64,000 nucleotides of DNA, from contig JAWDMB010000002.1 of the NCBI GenBank assembly GCA_046536795.1, forward strand, positions 40,831-104,830. The letters are read 5' to 3'. The position numbers and the translations under genes were made by a program. Below, in pieces: positions 10,497 to 20,200 of the stretch; within the stretch, counting starts at the first letter, position 1; every line of letters begins with the position of its first letter. This DNA is from Candidatus Micrarchaeota archaeon. Its GTDB lineage: Archaea > Micrarchaeota > Micrarchaeia > Micrarchaeales > CABMGC01. The notes under the pieces are model-generated. The model saw only the letters and a program-made list of their open reading frames with translations, ran no database searches and was not told where the DNA came from.

Positions 10497-10636
10497 TGAT
10501 TGCAGTAAACTACCCTACCCTTACAGCATGTACTTATATAAACATTATCTACGAGCGCTTCAGCACCCCTATCTTGCGAAAATGGACTTCTCGTAAGCAT
10601 TAAATATCTTTTTATATAACTATGTTATAGAAAAAC

Positions 10637-10957
10637 ATGATTATTTACGAAGAGGCTGCTAATGAGATAATACCAGCGATAAGGTCTAGACTTGCAAACA
10701 CCCTTATCAAAAAGTATAATCTTAAAGAAGAGAAAGTTGCAGAGCTATTGGGTGTTGCACAGGCTGCAATAAGCAAATATAAAACAGGAAAATATTCTGA
10801 AAAAATAAAGAGGATAGAAGGCAAGCTTAGCGACGAACTTGTTGATAAATATGCAAAAATCCTTTCAGAATCAGGAAAGGACCGCGCTGGAGAGGCATTA
10901 TGCTCTTTGTGTCAAGCATACTTTTCATTTAAGTGCAAGCTCGCTGCGCGCACTTAA
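10637..10957 (+). CDS. Small HTH transcriptional regulator
   Basis: 106 aa with a helix-turn-helix segment EKVAELLGVAQAAISKYKTG and a C-terminal Cys trio (CSLC...C). A TTTTTATATA box lies about 25 nt upstream. Confidence 0.6.
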   Translation: MIIYEEAANEIIPAIRSRLANTLIKKYNLKEEKVAELLGVAQAAISKYKTGKYSEKIKRIEGKLSDELVDKYAKILSESGKDRAGEALCSLCQAYFSFKCKLAART

Positions 10958-10990
10958 CCAAATTAAAGCTATTTTCTTAAATGTGAGGAT

Positions 10991-11995
10991 TTAGCTTGAG
11001 AGCCTAACTATTGCTGGGCCACAATCGCCACCGCCCCGGCCTGTAGAAAGAACCAAAGTATATTTCTGCGCTGGTGCATAGAAAGAGCCAAAGCTTGTAA
11101 GGCATCTTGCTGTTGTTCCTTGCGAGAAATATGTTTTGTTATTGCTCCCTATAAAAGTTACAGAAGCAAATCCAGAATCGCCACCAGCAATAGATATGTT
11201 TAAGTTGCCACCATTCCATGTGCAAATACCTGCTACTGTGGTTGAAGAACTATTATCTAAAAGTGTAAAGTTGCCACATGAAGTATAGTTGGCTGATGAA
11301 TGTGCAACTACTAATGGAATTGTAGATCCATTCAAAGAATTGGACGAAAAAAGATTAAACAAACCAATACCAAACGACAGCGCAAACGATAGTGCAAGTC
11401 CAATAAGTTGCTCGGTAAGCTCGATAATCATAATTGCAATAACACCCACAATTAAACTAAATATTATGACGATCAACAGAATTGTGCCTAATACCTTAAG
11501 CTTGCTAATAGAAAGTAGGTTTGATAGTGCTATTATTAATACTATAAAAGACCAAAGGAAGCTAACCACTATAAGCACAAATGCTAGCATATGTATTGGA
11601 AAAACCCAGAGAAAGAACACAACAGGAACTAGAGAATAAATGTAAGCTAAAAAAGCCGCACTATATTCTTGCTTATACAAGTTAAGTATGTTGTTTATTA
11701 TGATGTGGTATATGCCACTGTTTATAAATGCACCAATAGGAAAGAACACAAGATAAAGAGCAACGATGATTAATGGAAGAAGCACAGAATGAGGGTTTAC
11801 GGCAAGACTTAACAATACACCAAGAATTGTTGGAATTAAGGCAATAGTATAATAAAATTTGAGTACATCTGCAATACCCATTTGATTTTTTGTGGCAAAG
11901 CCGGGGTGAATCATTACCTCTATCGCACTTTTGTATGTTTTTGTGAATGTAGACAAAGCACTATCCATAGATGACGCATCAGGCTTTTTCTCCAA
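10991..11995 (-). CDS. Polytopic membrane protein with an extracytoplasmic Cys- and sequon-containing C-terminal domain (possibly Yip1-like)
   Basis: 334 aa with about 5-6 hydrophobic helices, followed by an approximately 120-aa Ser/Asn/Gly-rich tail carrying N-x-S/T sequons and 4 Cys. The family assignment is weak. Confidence 0.45.
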   Translation of the reverse strand: MEKKPDASSMDSALSTFTKTYKSAIEVMIHPGFATKNQMGIADVLKFYYTIALIPTILGVLLSLAVNPHSVLLPLIIVALYLVFFPIGAFINSGIYHIIINNILNLYKQEYSAAFLAYIYSLVPVVFFLWVFPIHMLAFVLIVVSFLWSFIVLIIALSNLLSISKLKVLGTILLIVIIFSLIVGVIAIMIIELTEQLIGLALSFALSFGIGLFNLFSSNSLNGSTIPLVVAHSSANYTSCGNFTLLDNSSSTTVAGICTWNGGNLNISIAGGDSGFASVTFIGSNNKTYFSQGTTARCLTSFGSFYAPAQKYTLVLSTGRGGGDCGPAIVRLSS

Positions 11996-12338
11996 GCTTC
12001 TCTTTGATATATTCCATCAGCACAACCGCATTGTTATGCTCTGTGTCGCGTGAAGCATAAACTAGCGTCACATCCTCGTTTTTTACAAGGTCTAAAAGCT
12101 TTTTAACATGCTCGTTTGCATCAAGCTCCTTCTTGTATCTAGCTTTAAACTCTTCCCACTTGCTTGGATCATGTGCAAACCACTTTCTAAGTTCGTCGCT
12201 TGGCGCCACTTCCTTCATCCAAAGATCTATATTGGCGGTGCCCTTCTTAACACCTCTTGGCCACAGTGCATCGACAAGTATTCTTTTGCCGTCGGTTATC
12301 TCGGCTTTATCATAAATTCTCTTTATACCTACAAGCAC
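11979..12338 (-). CDS. DUF488 (YeaO-like) family protein
   Basis: 119 aa. The pattern RILVDALWPRGVKK...WMKEVAPSDELRKWFAHDPSKWEEF is characteristic of DUF488. Confidence 0.7.
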   Translation of the reverse strand: MLVGIKRIYDKAEITDGKRILVDALWPRGVKKGTANIDLWMKEVAPSDELRKWFAHDPSKWEEFKARYKKELDANEHVKKLLDLVKNEDVTLVYASRDTEHNNAVVLMEYIKEKLGEKA

Positions 12339-12459
12339 AAAACCACACTAAGTAAATAGATATTTATGTTTATAAACCTTTTTGGATAATTTAAGCTTAG
12401 AAAATAACAAGGTTTAAAAATTCAGAAAATGATATTTTATAGCTCGATAGGGTGTTTGA

Positions 12460-13914
12460 TTGAAAGAAAATGATGAAGAAAAGAAATCACTAGGTTTAAC
12501 ACATAAAAAGGAAGAATTTGAGGAATGGTACCCAGAGGTATTGACTAAGTCTGGCTTTGTAGACTATAGCTTTGTGTCTGGCATGCTCGTTTTTAGACCT
12601 GCAGCATATGCTGCATGGCAGATAATAGTAAATGCTGTTGATGCTGAGTTCAAAAAGAACGGTATAGAAGATGTTTATTTTCCTCTATTTATACCAGAAA
12701 AATTCCTTGAAAAAGAGAAAGAGCATTTTGTAGGCTTCGAGCCAGAGGTAGCGTGGGTAACACATGCAGGCAAGAGCAAACTTGAAGAAAGATTGGCTGT
12801 AAGGCCAACCTCAGAAACAATAATGTATCCTAGCTATTCAAAGTGGATAAGGTCTTGGCGCGACCTGCCACTTAGATATAACCAGTGGAATAATGCTGTA
12901 AGATGGGAGTTCAAGCATCCAACGCCGCTTCTTAGGACAAGAGAATTCCTGTGGTGCGAAGGCCATAGCGTATTTGCAAGCAAAGAAGAAGCGGATAAGG
13001 AAAGAGAGTTTATTATGGGCTTATGGGAAAGAGTGCTAAGGGATTATCTCGCTCTTCCTGGAATAGCTGGAAGAAAAACCGAGAACGAGAAGTTTGCAGG
13101 CGCTGTTGCAAGCTATAGTATAGAGCACATAATGCCAGATGGCTATGTGGTGCAAGGGCCCGATTTCCACAACGATGGTGAAAACTTTGCAAAGGCTTTT
13201 GATATAAAATTCCTTGACAAAGATGGAAAGGAGAAGTATGCATGGCAAAATACATATGCAATTTCTACAAGAGAACTTGGAGTTATGGTTGCAACACATA
13301 GCGATGACAAAGGCTTAATACTACCTCCAAGAGTTGCGTATATACAGGTTGTTATAGTTCCTATAATAGCAAAAGGAAATGAAGAAAAGATACTTAGCTA
13401 TGCTAGGAAGGTTGCAGATATACTAAAGGAGAAATATAGGATAAAGCTTGATGATAGGGAAGGCTACACCCCAGGCTATAAATACAATGAATGGGAGCTC
13501 AAGGGCGTGCCACTTAGAATAGAGATAGGTCCAAAAGAGGTCGAAAAAGAGCAGGTAATGTTCGTGAGAAGAGATACTGGAGCGAGGGCAGAGGCAAGTC
13601 TGAGGGACCTTGTAGAAAAGGTAGAAGTAATACTTGATGACATACATAAAAATCTATATGAAAGAGCAAAGAAGTTCATGCAAGAGCACATACATAATGT
13701 TGAAACCTACGATGAATTTAAGCACGTGCTTAAGACAAAGAAGGGCATTATACACGCCCCATGGTGTGGCAGTGCGGAGTGTGAAGAAAAGATAAAAGAA
13801 GAGACGGGTGCAAAAACATCTAACATTCCTTTTGACCAGTCAGATCTGCACGGCAAATGTATCTATTGTGGTAAAGAAGCCAAATATATGGTTAACTTTG
13901 CAAAGAGCTATTGA
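12460..13914 (+). CDS. proS: Prolyl-tRNA synthetase (archaeal/eukaryotic type)
   Basis: 484 aa with class II motifs (LAVRPTSETIMY, WNNAVRWE), a C-terminal zinc-binding domain and a terminal Tyr. TTG start. Confidence 0.95.
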   Translation: MKENDEEKKSLGLTHKKEEFEEWYPEVLTKSGFVDYSFVSGMLVFRPAAYAAWQIIVNAVDAEFKKNGIEDVYFPLFIPEKFLEKEKEHFVGFEPEVAWVTHAGKSKLEERLAVRPTSETIMYPSYSKWIRSWRDLPLRYNQWNNAVRWEFKHPTPLLRTREFLWCEGHSVFASKEEADKEREFIMGLWERVLRDYLALPGIAGRKTENEKFAGAVASYSIEHIMPDGYVVQGPDFHNDGENFAKAFDIKFLDKDGKEKYAWQNTYAISTRELGVMVATHSDDKGLILPPRVAYIQVVIVPIIAKGNEEKILSYARKVADILKEKYRIKLDDREGYTPGYKYNEWELKGVPLRIEIGPKEVEKEQVMFVRRDTGARAEASLRDLVEKVEVILDDIHKNLYERAKKFMQEHIHNVETYDEFKHVLKTKKGIIHAPWCGSAECEEKIKEETGAKTSNIPFDQSDLHGKCIYCGKEAKYMVNFAKSY

Positions 13915-13996
13915 TCAGACGACTCTCTTTTCATCACAGATCAGAAATACCTCGTCTCATCACAATTCTTTTTTGGCAAAATAAAGATAAAAAGAT

Positions 13997-14069
13997 TAGT
14001 CCCGGCCGGATTCGAACCGACGTAGCAGGGTCCAAAGCCCTGCGTCCTTGGCCGCTAGACGACGGGACT
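13997..14069 (-). tRNA. tRNA-Gln (anticodon UUG)
   Basis: The reverse complement is AGTCCCG TC GTCT AGCGGCCAA GGAC G CAGGG CTTTGGA CCCTG CTAC GTCGG TTCGAAT CCGGC CGGGACT A. All stems pair, and the A1:U72 pair is typical of archaeal tRNA-Gln. Confidence 0.92.
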
Positions 14070-14132
14070 ATAAATCATAGATATATATAAATAAACAAAT
14101 ATAAAAATAAAGCATAGCAAGCAAGTGGTTCT

Positions 14133-14870
14133 ATGACGGAAAAGCTTTATTGGAATGATGCATACGCAAAGGAGTTTAGTGCAAAAATCACAAAGATAAA
14201 TGGCAATGAGGTAGTGCTAGACAAAACTTTATTCTATCCAACAGGCGGTGGCCAGCCAAATGATACTGGAAAAATCATTTGCAATGGAAGCGAATACAGG
14301 GTAGTTGACGTTAAGTCGAACGATGATGAGATAATACATGTATTAGATAAGAACTTAGATGCACATGTAGGAGATACTGTAAGTGGTATTATAGACTGGG
14401 ATAGAAGATACAAGCTCATGCGCCTTCATTCAGCTATACACTTGATTGACGGTATTTTAGAAAATAAATACAAATCAAGCATGATCACAGGCGGACAGAT
14501 ATACGAGGATAGAGCAAGAATAGATATTGATATGCAAGAGCTAAATAAAGAAAAAGCAGAGGAGCTTATAAGCGAGGCAAACAAAGTTGCAAAAGAAGGG
14601 CACGAGATTCAGGCAAGATTTATACCAAGAGATGAAGCACTTAAAATTGAAGGATTAGCTAGAACAGAAACAGGCAAGGAGCTTATAAAAAAGCTTGATG
14701 TTGTAAGAGTTGTAGAGATAAAGGGCTTAGATATGCAGTCAGATGGCGGAACACATGTTAAAAATACTAATGAGATAGGTACAATAAAGCTAAGCAAGTT
14801 TGAAAATAAGGGAAAGCACAGCAAAAGAATCGAGATAGTACTTGAGGATCAAAGTTTGCCTTCTAATTGA
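14133..14870 (+). CDS. alaX: Alanyl-tRNA editing protein AlaX (AlaX-M type)
   Basis: 245 aa. The N-terminus LYWNDAYAKEF...LFYPTGGGQPNDTG and the HxxxH motif (HSAIH) match AlaX. The second metal motif reads DGGTH rather than the usual CxxxH. Confidence 0.8.
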   Translation: MTEKLYWNDAYAKEFSAKITKINGNEVVLDKTLFYPTGGGQPNDTGKIICNGSEYRVVDVKSNDDEIIHVLDKNLDAHVGDTVSGIIDWDRRYKLMRLHSAIHLIDGILENKYKSSMITGGQIYEDRARIDIDMQELNKEKAEELISEANKVAKEGHEIQARFIPRDEALKIEGLARTETGKELIKKLDVVRVVEIKGLDMQSDGGTHVKNTNEIGTIKLSKFENKGKHSKRIEIVLEDQSLPSN

Positions 14871-15277
14871 AACTTGTAATGCATCTTCATCATGCATCTG
14901 TTCTGAACAAAGAGCAGTCCATGTTCAATAGCATATTTTCCCGCTTCTTCATTAAATATCCCTTCTTGAAGCCATAGCACCTTTGCTTTTATCTCTACGG
15001 CCTGCTTTGCTATATCTAATGCCTCTCTTGCAGGCCTGAATACATCAACAATATCTACCCGCTCTTTAATATCGGTAAGCGATTTGTATGCCTTCTCGCC
15101 AAGTATTGTATCAGCAAAAGGGTTTACCGGAATTATCCTATAACCAACGCTTTGCAAATAAGCTGGCACATCATGGCTTGGCTTGCCTTCTTCCCTTGAA
15201 CAGCCAACAACAGCTATCACATGATAGTTTTTAAGTATACTTAGCATTACTGCTTCTTTCTCTTCTTTATCATTCAT
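14849..15277 (-). CDS. CoA-binding domain protein (YccU/YneT family)
   Basis: Core sequence VIAVVGCSREEGKPSHDVPAYLQSVGYRIIPVNP. The ATG at 15277 is preceded by GGAGTGG and overlaps the PAP2 stop (ATGAATGA). The ORF track extends this ORF to 15340. Confidence 0.75.
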   Translation of the reverse strand: MNDKEEKEAVMLSILKNYHVIAVVGCSREEGKPSHDVPAYLQSVGYRIIPVNPFADTILGEKAYKSLTDIKERVDIVDVFRPAREALDIAKQAVEIKAKVLWLQEGIFNEEAGKYAIEHGLLFVQNRCMMKMHYKFQLEGKL

Positions 15278-15845
15278 TCTTCCACTCCTTGGGGCAAAGC
15301 TTTCCAAACAGCTTGCAGAATATTCTTGCGAGCGGGTCATTTATTTTATTTGAATAGTATTTGTATATAGGCCAAACAACCACTATACTTATTATTATTC
15401 CAGCAATGACATCGCTTAGGTAATGTAAGCCAAGGTATACTCTGCCAAATAAAACAACTATAAGCCAGGCGAGGTAAAGATATCTTAAGTATTTATATGG
15501 TAATGTAAAGAAGGTAAGGCCCGTAAGAACGGTTGCGTGATTGCTGGGAAATGAGAAACTAGATTCACAGCCCATATGGTTTATCCAGGAAAGAGCAGGC
15601 ATGCTACATGGCCTGGGTTCCTTTACTATATACTTTATTACTTCGCCAATTATATAAAGCGCAAAAAATAAAACTACAAATGAGAAAACATTTTTGTCCT
15701 TTCTAAGATACATGTAGATGACAACAAGCGGAATAACGATTAGAAAACTTTCGGCAAAGTAGTGCATTGCAAGGTTTAGCGCTGGGCTAGCTATATCTTT
15801 TGCTATTTGGAAAGCCCATATGTTCATGCTGTTTATTAAGCCCAT
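15270..15845 (-). CDS. PAP2-family lipid phosphatase
   Basis: 191-aa membrane protein with the three PAP2 motifs KYIVKEPRP, PSNH and RVYLGLHYLSD. Confidence 0.85.
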   Translation of the reverse strand: MGLINSMNIWAFQIAKDIASPALNLAMHYFAESFLIVIPLVVIYMYLRKDKNVFSFVVLFFALYIIGEVIKYIVKEPRPCSMPALSWINHMGCESSFSFPSNHATVLTGLTFFTLPYKYLRYLYLAWLIVVLFGRVYLGLHYLSDVIAGIIISIVVVWPIYKYYSNKINDPLARIFCKLFGKLCPKEWKNE

Positions 15846-15897
15846 GAGTGGAATTAGCGCTTTTATTTATTTAAGCTTTATTATCTCATAATCTAGC

Positions 15898-16242
15898 ATG
15901 GAAATCGCTTTAGATACCAGCTCAATACTTTTTGGCTTTGAAAAGAAGATAGATGCATTTGATATTGCAAAGGAGCATGGCTACACCCCCATTGTCTCGA
16001 AAGGTGTTATTAAAGAGCTTGAGAAACTTGCCAGCTCTAAGTCGAAAAAGAGCATTTATGCTAAGCTAGCGCTTAATGCGATAAAGGCAAAAAAGGTGAA
16101 GATTGTTGATTCAAGCGAGTATGTTGATTCATGGCTTGCAAAAAACAAGGTTGTATGCACAAATGACCTTAAGCTTAGGAGAAAGCTAAAAGAAAAAGGA
16201 ATAAAGGCTTTTGCGCTTGCTGTTGGTGGTAGGCTTGTGTGA
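15898..16242 (+). CDS. PIN-domain nuclease (Fcf1/Utp24-like)
   Basis: 114 aa. There is an N-terminal acidic residue in IALDTSS and a C-terminal VVCTNDLKLRRKLKEKGIKAF block typical of Fcf1-like PIN proteins. Confidence 0.6.
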   Translation: MEIALDTSSILFGFEKKIDAFDIAKEHGYTPIVSKGVIKELEKLASSKSKKSIYAKLALNAIKAKKVKIVDSSEYVDSWLAKNKVVCTNDLKLRRKLKEKGIKAFALAVGGRLV

Positions 16243-16308
16243 CAAGCATATAATATTTATTTATTTCCTTTCTAATAGATTATGTTCTAATGCTTTAGCG
16301 GTGAGTAT

Positions 16309-16890
16309 TTGTATTACAAATATACCATAAAAGATACAATAAGTATACCTCCATCTTATTTTGGAGAGGATTTAAACAAGGTTGCAACAGAGTTGCTAAG
16401 GCAAAAATACGAGAGAACATTAGATAAAGATATGGGCATAGTACTTGCGGTATATAATGTAAGAGACATTAGCGATGGCTATCTTCTACCTGGCGACCCT
16501 TCAACGCACCATAACTTAACATTTGATGCACTGACCTTTAAGCTTGAGGTAGAAGAGGTTGTTGTTGGCGAGGTAAGCGAACTGGTTGAGTTTGGCTGCT
16601 TTGTGAGAGTAGGCCCACTTGAAGGACTTGTCCATTTATCGCAGATAACAAGTGATTTCATAAGCTTCGACAGAAAGAGTGGTGTATTAAGCTCAAAAAA
16701 CACGGGCAAAGTACTGAAGAAGGGGGATGTTGTATATGCAAAAGTTTCTACAATAAGCTGGAAATCAAATATAAAAGATACTAAAATAGCGCTTACTATG
16801 AGGCCAGAGGGCTTGGGCAAAGAGGAGTGGCTTTTAGAAGAAGAAAAACCTGCAAAAGAGAAAAAAGAGAAAAAGGTTAAGAAGAAATAA
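16309..16890 (+). CDS. rpoE: DNA-directed RNA polymerase subunit E' (Rpo7)
   Basis: 193 aa with an N-terminal Rpb7-like domain and an S1 domain (GEVSELVEFGCFVRVGPLEGLVHLSQI). TTG start after GGTGAG. It is followed by spt4. Confidence 0.9.
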   Translation: MYYKYTIKDTISIPPSYFGEDLNKVATELLRQKYERTLDKDMGIVLAVYNVRDISDGYLLPGDPSTHHNLTFDALTFKLEVEEVVVGEVSELVEFGCFVRVGPLEGLVHLSQITSDFISFDRKSGVLSSKNTGKVLKKGDVVYAKVSTISWKSNIKDTKIALTMRPEGLGKEEWLLEEEKPAKEKKEKKVKKK

Positions 16891-16901
16891 TTAGTGGTTT
16901 T

Positions 16902-17093
16902 ATGGTTGAGAAAGCTTGCAAAAACTGCAGACTAATAATAGCTCAGGGCGATGTATGCCCATTGTGCGGCTCTACAGAACTTACAACAAAATGGAGCGGC
17001 TATGTTGTTATTCTAGATGTAGAAAACTCAGATATAGCCAAAAAGCTAAATATTAAGGTAAATGGAAGGTATGCACTAAACATAAACGAATAG
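16902..17093 (+). CDS. spt4: Transcription elongation factor Spt4 (RpoE'')
   Basis: 63 aa with a zinc ribbon CKNC...CPLCG. It sits in the conserved position downstream of rpoE. Confidence 0.85.
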   Translation: MVEKACKNCRLIIAQGDVCPLCGSTELTTKWSGYVVILDVENSDIAKKLNIKVNGRYALNINE

Positions 17094-17111
17094 CTTTAGC
17101 TTACTCTTTTT

Positions 17112-17837
17112 TCACTGCAGTACCTTCTGGTCCTTTTCTTCTTTTGTTTCTCTCTCATACTCCTCTTCTATTACTACCTTGTTTATACTGCTAATGTAAT
17201 CTAGTACACTCCTTACAAAAAGTGTCTTATTTACAAAGTAGTCGCTATCTTTTTTCACATCATTTCCGATTATTACCTTTGCCACACCATTGCTAATCTC
17301 TATAGACTTTGGTTCAATATTGTATGATCTTGCAAGTGCATCTACCTTTTCTTTGTCGCCCTCTATAAGCCTGTCTACCTTAACCTCGTATAGAAGCCTT
17401 TCCCCAGCAAGTGGATGATTCAGGTCTACAAGCACCCTTCCTGAGTTTACACTCTTTACCGTTGCGATGTAGCCATCGATTTCAAGCTGCATACCAGGAT
17501 ATGGATTAATATCCCTGCTCCTAAAATCTGAAAGCGACATTACCCTTACTAAGTCAGGATTTCTTTCTCCAAAAGCCTCCTCTGGGCTAAGCTCAATCTT
17601 CTTTACCTCATTAACATTCATTTCCTTTATCGCTTTTTCTAAGCCACTTATTACATTCCCTTTGCCTATAACAACAAGCTGCGGCCCGTACTTAGTATTC
17701 TTATTATATATGCCACTTTCTTCTGCTTTCTTTTTATCAGTAGTAAATGCTATGCTATTGTCTGCCACACGCCACGCTGTATACTCTATTTCCACAAAAT
17801 CTCCGTCCTTGAAAGCCATAAAATCACTCGATATCAT
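17112..17837 (-). CDS. FKBP-type peptidyl-prolyl cis-trans isomerase (long archaeal form)
   Basis: 241 aa with an FKBP core (DGDFVEIEYTAW, LNHPLAGERLLYEVKV), an insert-in-flap and a C-terminal domain. Confidence 0.85.
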   Translation of the reverse strand: MISSDFMAFKDGDFVEIEYTAWRVADNSIAFTTDKKKAEESGIYNKNTKYGPQLVVIGKGNVISGLEKAIKEMNVNEVKKIELSPEEAFGERNPDLVRVMSLSDFRSRDINPYPGMQLEIDGYIATVKSVNSGRVLVDLNHPLAGERLLYEVKVDRLIEGDKEKVDALARSYNIEPKSIEISNGVAKVIIGNDVKKDSDYFVNKTLFVRSVLDYISSINKVVIEEEYERETKEEKDQKVLQ

Positions 17838-17879
17838 TAGATTGATAAGTTATTTAAATTATAAATAACTAAAAAACTT

Positions 17880-18476
17880 GTGATTTTCATGGAGAGAAAG
17901 GAGCTTACAAAATTATTACTCGCACTTTTCACAGTTATAATATTTATAACATCCTACTTTACATTTAGTAATTATAATCCTGTGAAGAATACAGTAACCA
18001 CAACAATACCACAAACCATTCCCGCATTTGGAAATGCAAATGCAACAATTATAGGCTACGGAAACACAGCTTCTATTTCTATAAAATGCAATCTAAGCGA
18101 GATCAATAATGAGCTTCCATCAATTCTTACAAATCTAGAAGGAAACAGCAGCATAAATAACTTTTACACACCTTCCTCTAACTTGACGCTTGTTTATCTT
18201 GGTAATATGAACCCTAAAGAGCTTCTACAATACCTTAAAAGATCGCTTAGCAATTACTCAAGTTGTATAGAAGTGGGTGCTGATACAAAGCTACTCTTGC
18301 CAGAAACTATAAACTTCAAAATAAACACACAGCTTTATCCCATACCTATACCAAATTCAAGCAGAAAGGTAACAATAAATATGCTTGTAAGCAATAAAAC
18401 GTATACAAGCCTTAGAATACTTGCACTTCTTACGATGAATGGAAGTATATATAATATGAGCATTGAACCAACATGA
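17880..18476 (+). CDS. Membrane-anchored extracytoplasmic protein, sequon-rich
   Basis: 198 aa with an N-terminal TM helix (LLLALFTVIIFITSYF) and many N-x-S/T sites. I see no recognisable family. The start is GTG at 17880 or ATG at 17889. Confidence 0.45.
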   Translation: MIFMERKELTKLLLALFTVIIFITSYFTFSNYNPVKNTVTTTIPQTIPAFGNANATIIGYGNTASISIKCNLSEINNELPSILTNLEGNSSINNFYTPSSNLTLVYLGNMNPKELLQYLKRSLSNYSSCIEVGADTKLLLPETINFKINTQLYPIPIPNSSRKVTINMLVSNKTYTSLRILALLTMNGSIYNMSIEPT

Positions 18477-20184
18477 TACCATGGATGCGAAAGAAATTAT
18501 AAGAAAGCTTGCAATAAAGAACGCTATGGATTATGGCAAAGCAGATTATAAGGCAGTACTTAGCAAGGCAATTGCAAAAGTTCCAGGAGCAAAAGAAAAT
18601 ATACAAGAGCTTTCAAAGCTTGTTAATGAAATTGTCTCAGAGATAAATGCCTTACCAAAAGAAAAGATAGAAGAAGAATATAGCAAGTATAGCGAAGAAT
18701 TTGAACAAGAAGAGAAAAAGAAGATAGAAGAGTCGAAGCCAAAGCTAGTTCTGCCTGGTGCAACTCCAGGCAACTTTGCAACACGATTTCCGCCCGAGCC
18801 AAGTGGCTATATGCATATCGGACACGCTAAGGTTGCATTTCTAGAACGCGAGTTTGCAAATATATACAATGGCAAGCTCTTCCTTTATTTTGATGATACA
18901 AACCCAGAAAAAGAAAAGCAGGAGTATGTTGATGCATTTAAAAAGGATTTGGAGTGGCTTGGTATAAAATTTGATGATGAATATTATGCAAGCGACAATC
19001 TAGAAAAGATCTATGAATTTGCAAGAAAGCTTATTAAAAAAGGAAAAGCTTATGTTTGCACATGCGATCCTGAAACAATAAGGAGAAATAGATTTAATGG
19101 CGTAGAGTGCGTGCATAGAAAACAGAGCATAGAAGAGAACCTTGCACTCTTTGAAGATATGCTAAAAGGTAAATTTGAGGAGGGAGAGGCTGTCTTAAGA
19201 TTCCTTGGTGACATGCAAAGCAAGAATACAACAATGAGAGACCCAACGCTTATAAGAATAAAGAAAACACCGCATTATAGACAAGGCAGCAAGTATATAC
19301 TTTGGCCCACATACGATTTTAACACTCCAATAATGGATTCGATACATGGAGTAACAGATGTTATAAGAAGCAAAGAATATGAGCTAAGAACAGAGCTTGA
19401 TCTTGCAATATTGGATGCACTCGAATTAAGAAAACCTAGGATACATCATGAGGCCAGATTGGTTATAAAAGATGTTCCAACACAAAAACGTGTTATAAAC
19501 AAGCTAATAAAAGATGGAATTGTGAGTGGTTTTGACGACCCAAGGCTTGTAACAATTGCAGCCCTAAGAAGGCGTGGCATAACACCAGAAGCGATAAAGA
19601 AGTTTGTGCTTAGGTTTGGAATGTCTAGAGTAGAAAGTACAATGGATATAAACATGCTTTTGGATGAAAATAGAAAGATTATAGACAAAACAGCAAAGAG
19701 GCTTTTTGGTGTTATAGATCCTGTGGAGCTTGAGGTAAGAGGAATAGGGAAAGTGCATGTAAAGCTTAGATTACACCCAAATGTTGATATGGGTTATAGA
19801 GAATATGATGTTGGCAATATTCTATACATTGGAAAAAGTGATGCACTCAACTTGAAGAAAGGCGAACAAATAAGGTTAAAAGACTTATATAATGTAGAGA
19901 TAGAAGAAGTTGGAGATAGAATAATAGGCAAATACATAGGTAACGATGCTATAGATGCACAGAAGATACAGTGGGTTGATAAGGCTAATTGTGTTAGTGC
20001 AAATTTCATAACGCCAAAGCCTTTGCTAGTAAATAATGAGATAAACAAAGATAGCTTAGTAGTTGAGAAAGGCTTATCTGAAAAGTATATAGAAATGATT
20101 AAAAAAGATGAGGTAGTACAATTTGAAAGAATAGGCTTCTTTAAGCTAGATAATGAAGAGAAAAAAGAGCTTATAAGACTATAA
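18463..20184 (+). CDS. gltX: Glutamyl-tRNA synthetase (archaeal type)
   Basis: 573 aa with the class I HIGH motif (YMHIGHAK), a catalytic core (RFDDTNP-like FDDTNPEKE) and an archaeal-type N-terminal helical extension. Confidence 0.92.
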   Translation: MNQHDTMDAKEIIRKLAIKNAMDYGKADYKAVLSKAIAKVPGAKENIQELSKLVNEIVSEINALPKEKIEEEYSKYSEEFEQEEKKKIEESKPKLVLPGATPGNFATRFPPEPSGYMHIGHAKVAFLEREFANIYNGKLFLYFDDTNPEKEKQEYVDAFKKDLEWLGIKFDDEYYASDNLEKIYEFARKLIKKGKAYVCTCDPETIRRNRFNGVECVHRKQSIEENLALFEDMLKGKFEEGEAVLRFLGDMQSKNTTMRDPTLIRIKKTPHYRQGSKYILWPTYDFNTPIMDSIHGVTDVIRSKEYELRTELDLAILDALELRKPRIHHEARLVIKDVPTQKRVINKLIKDGIVSGFDDPRLVTIAALRRRGITPEAIKKFVLRFGMSRVESTMDINMLLDENRKIIDKTAKRLFGVIDPVELEVRGIGKVHVKLRLHPNVDMGYREYDVGNILYIGKSDALNLKKGEQIRLKDLYNVEIEEVGDRIIGKYIGNDAIDAQKIQWVDKANCVSANFITPKPLLVNNEINKDSLVVEKGLSEKYIEMIKKDEVVQFERIGFFKLDNEEKKELIRL

Positions 20185-20200
20185 CCAAGCGAGTGAGATC

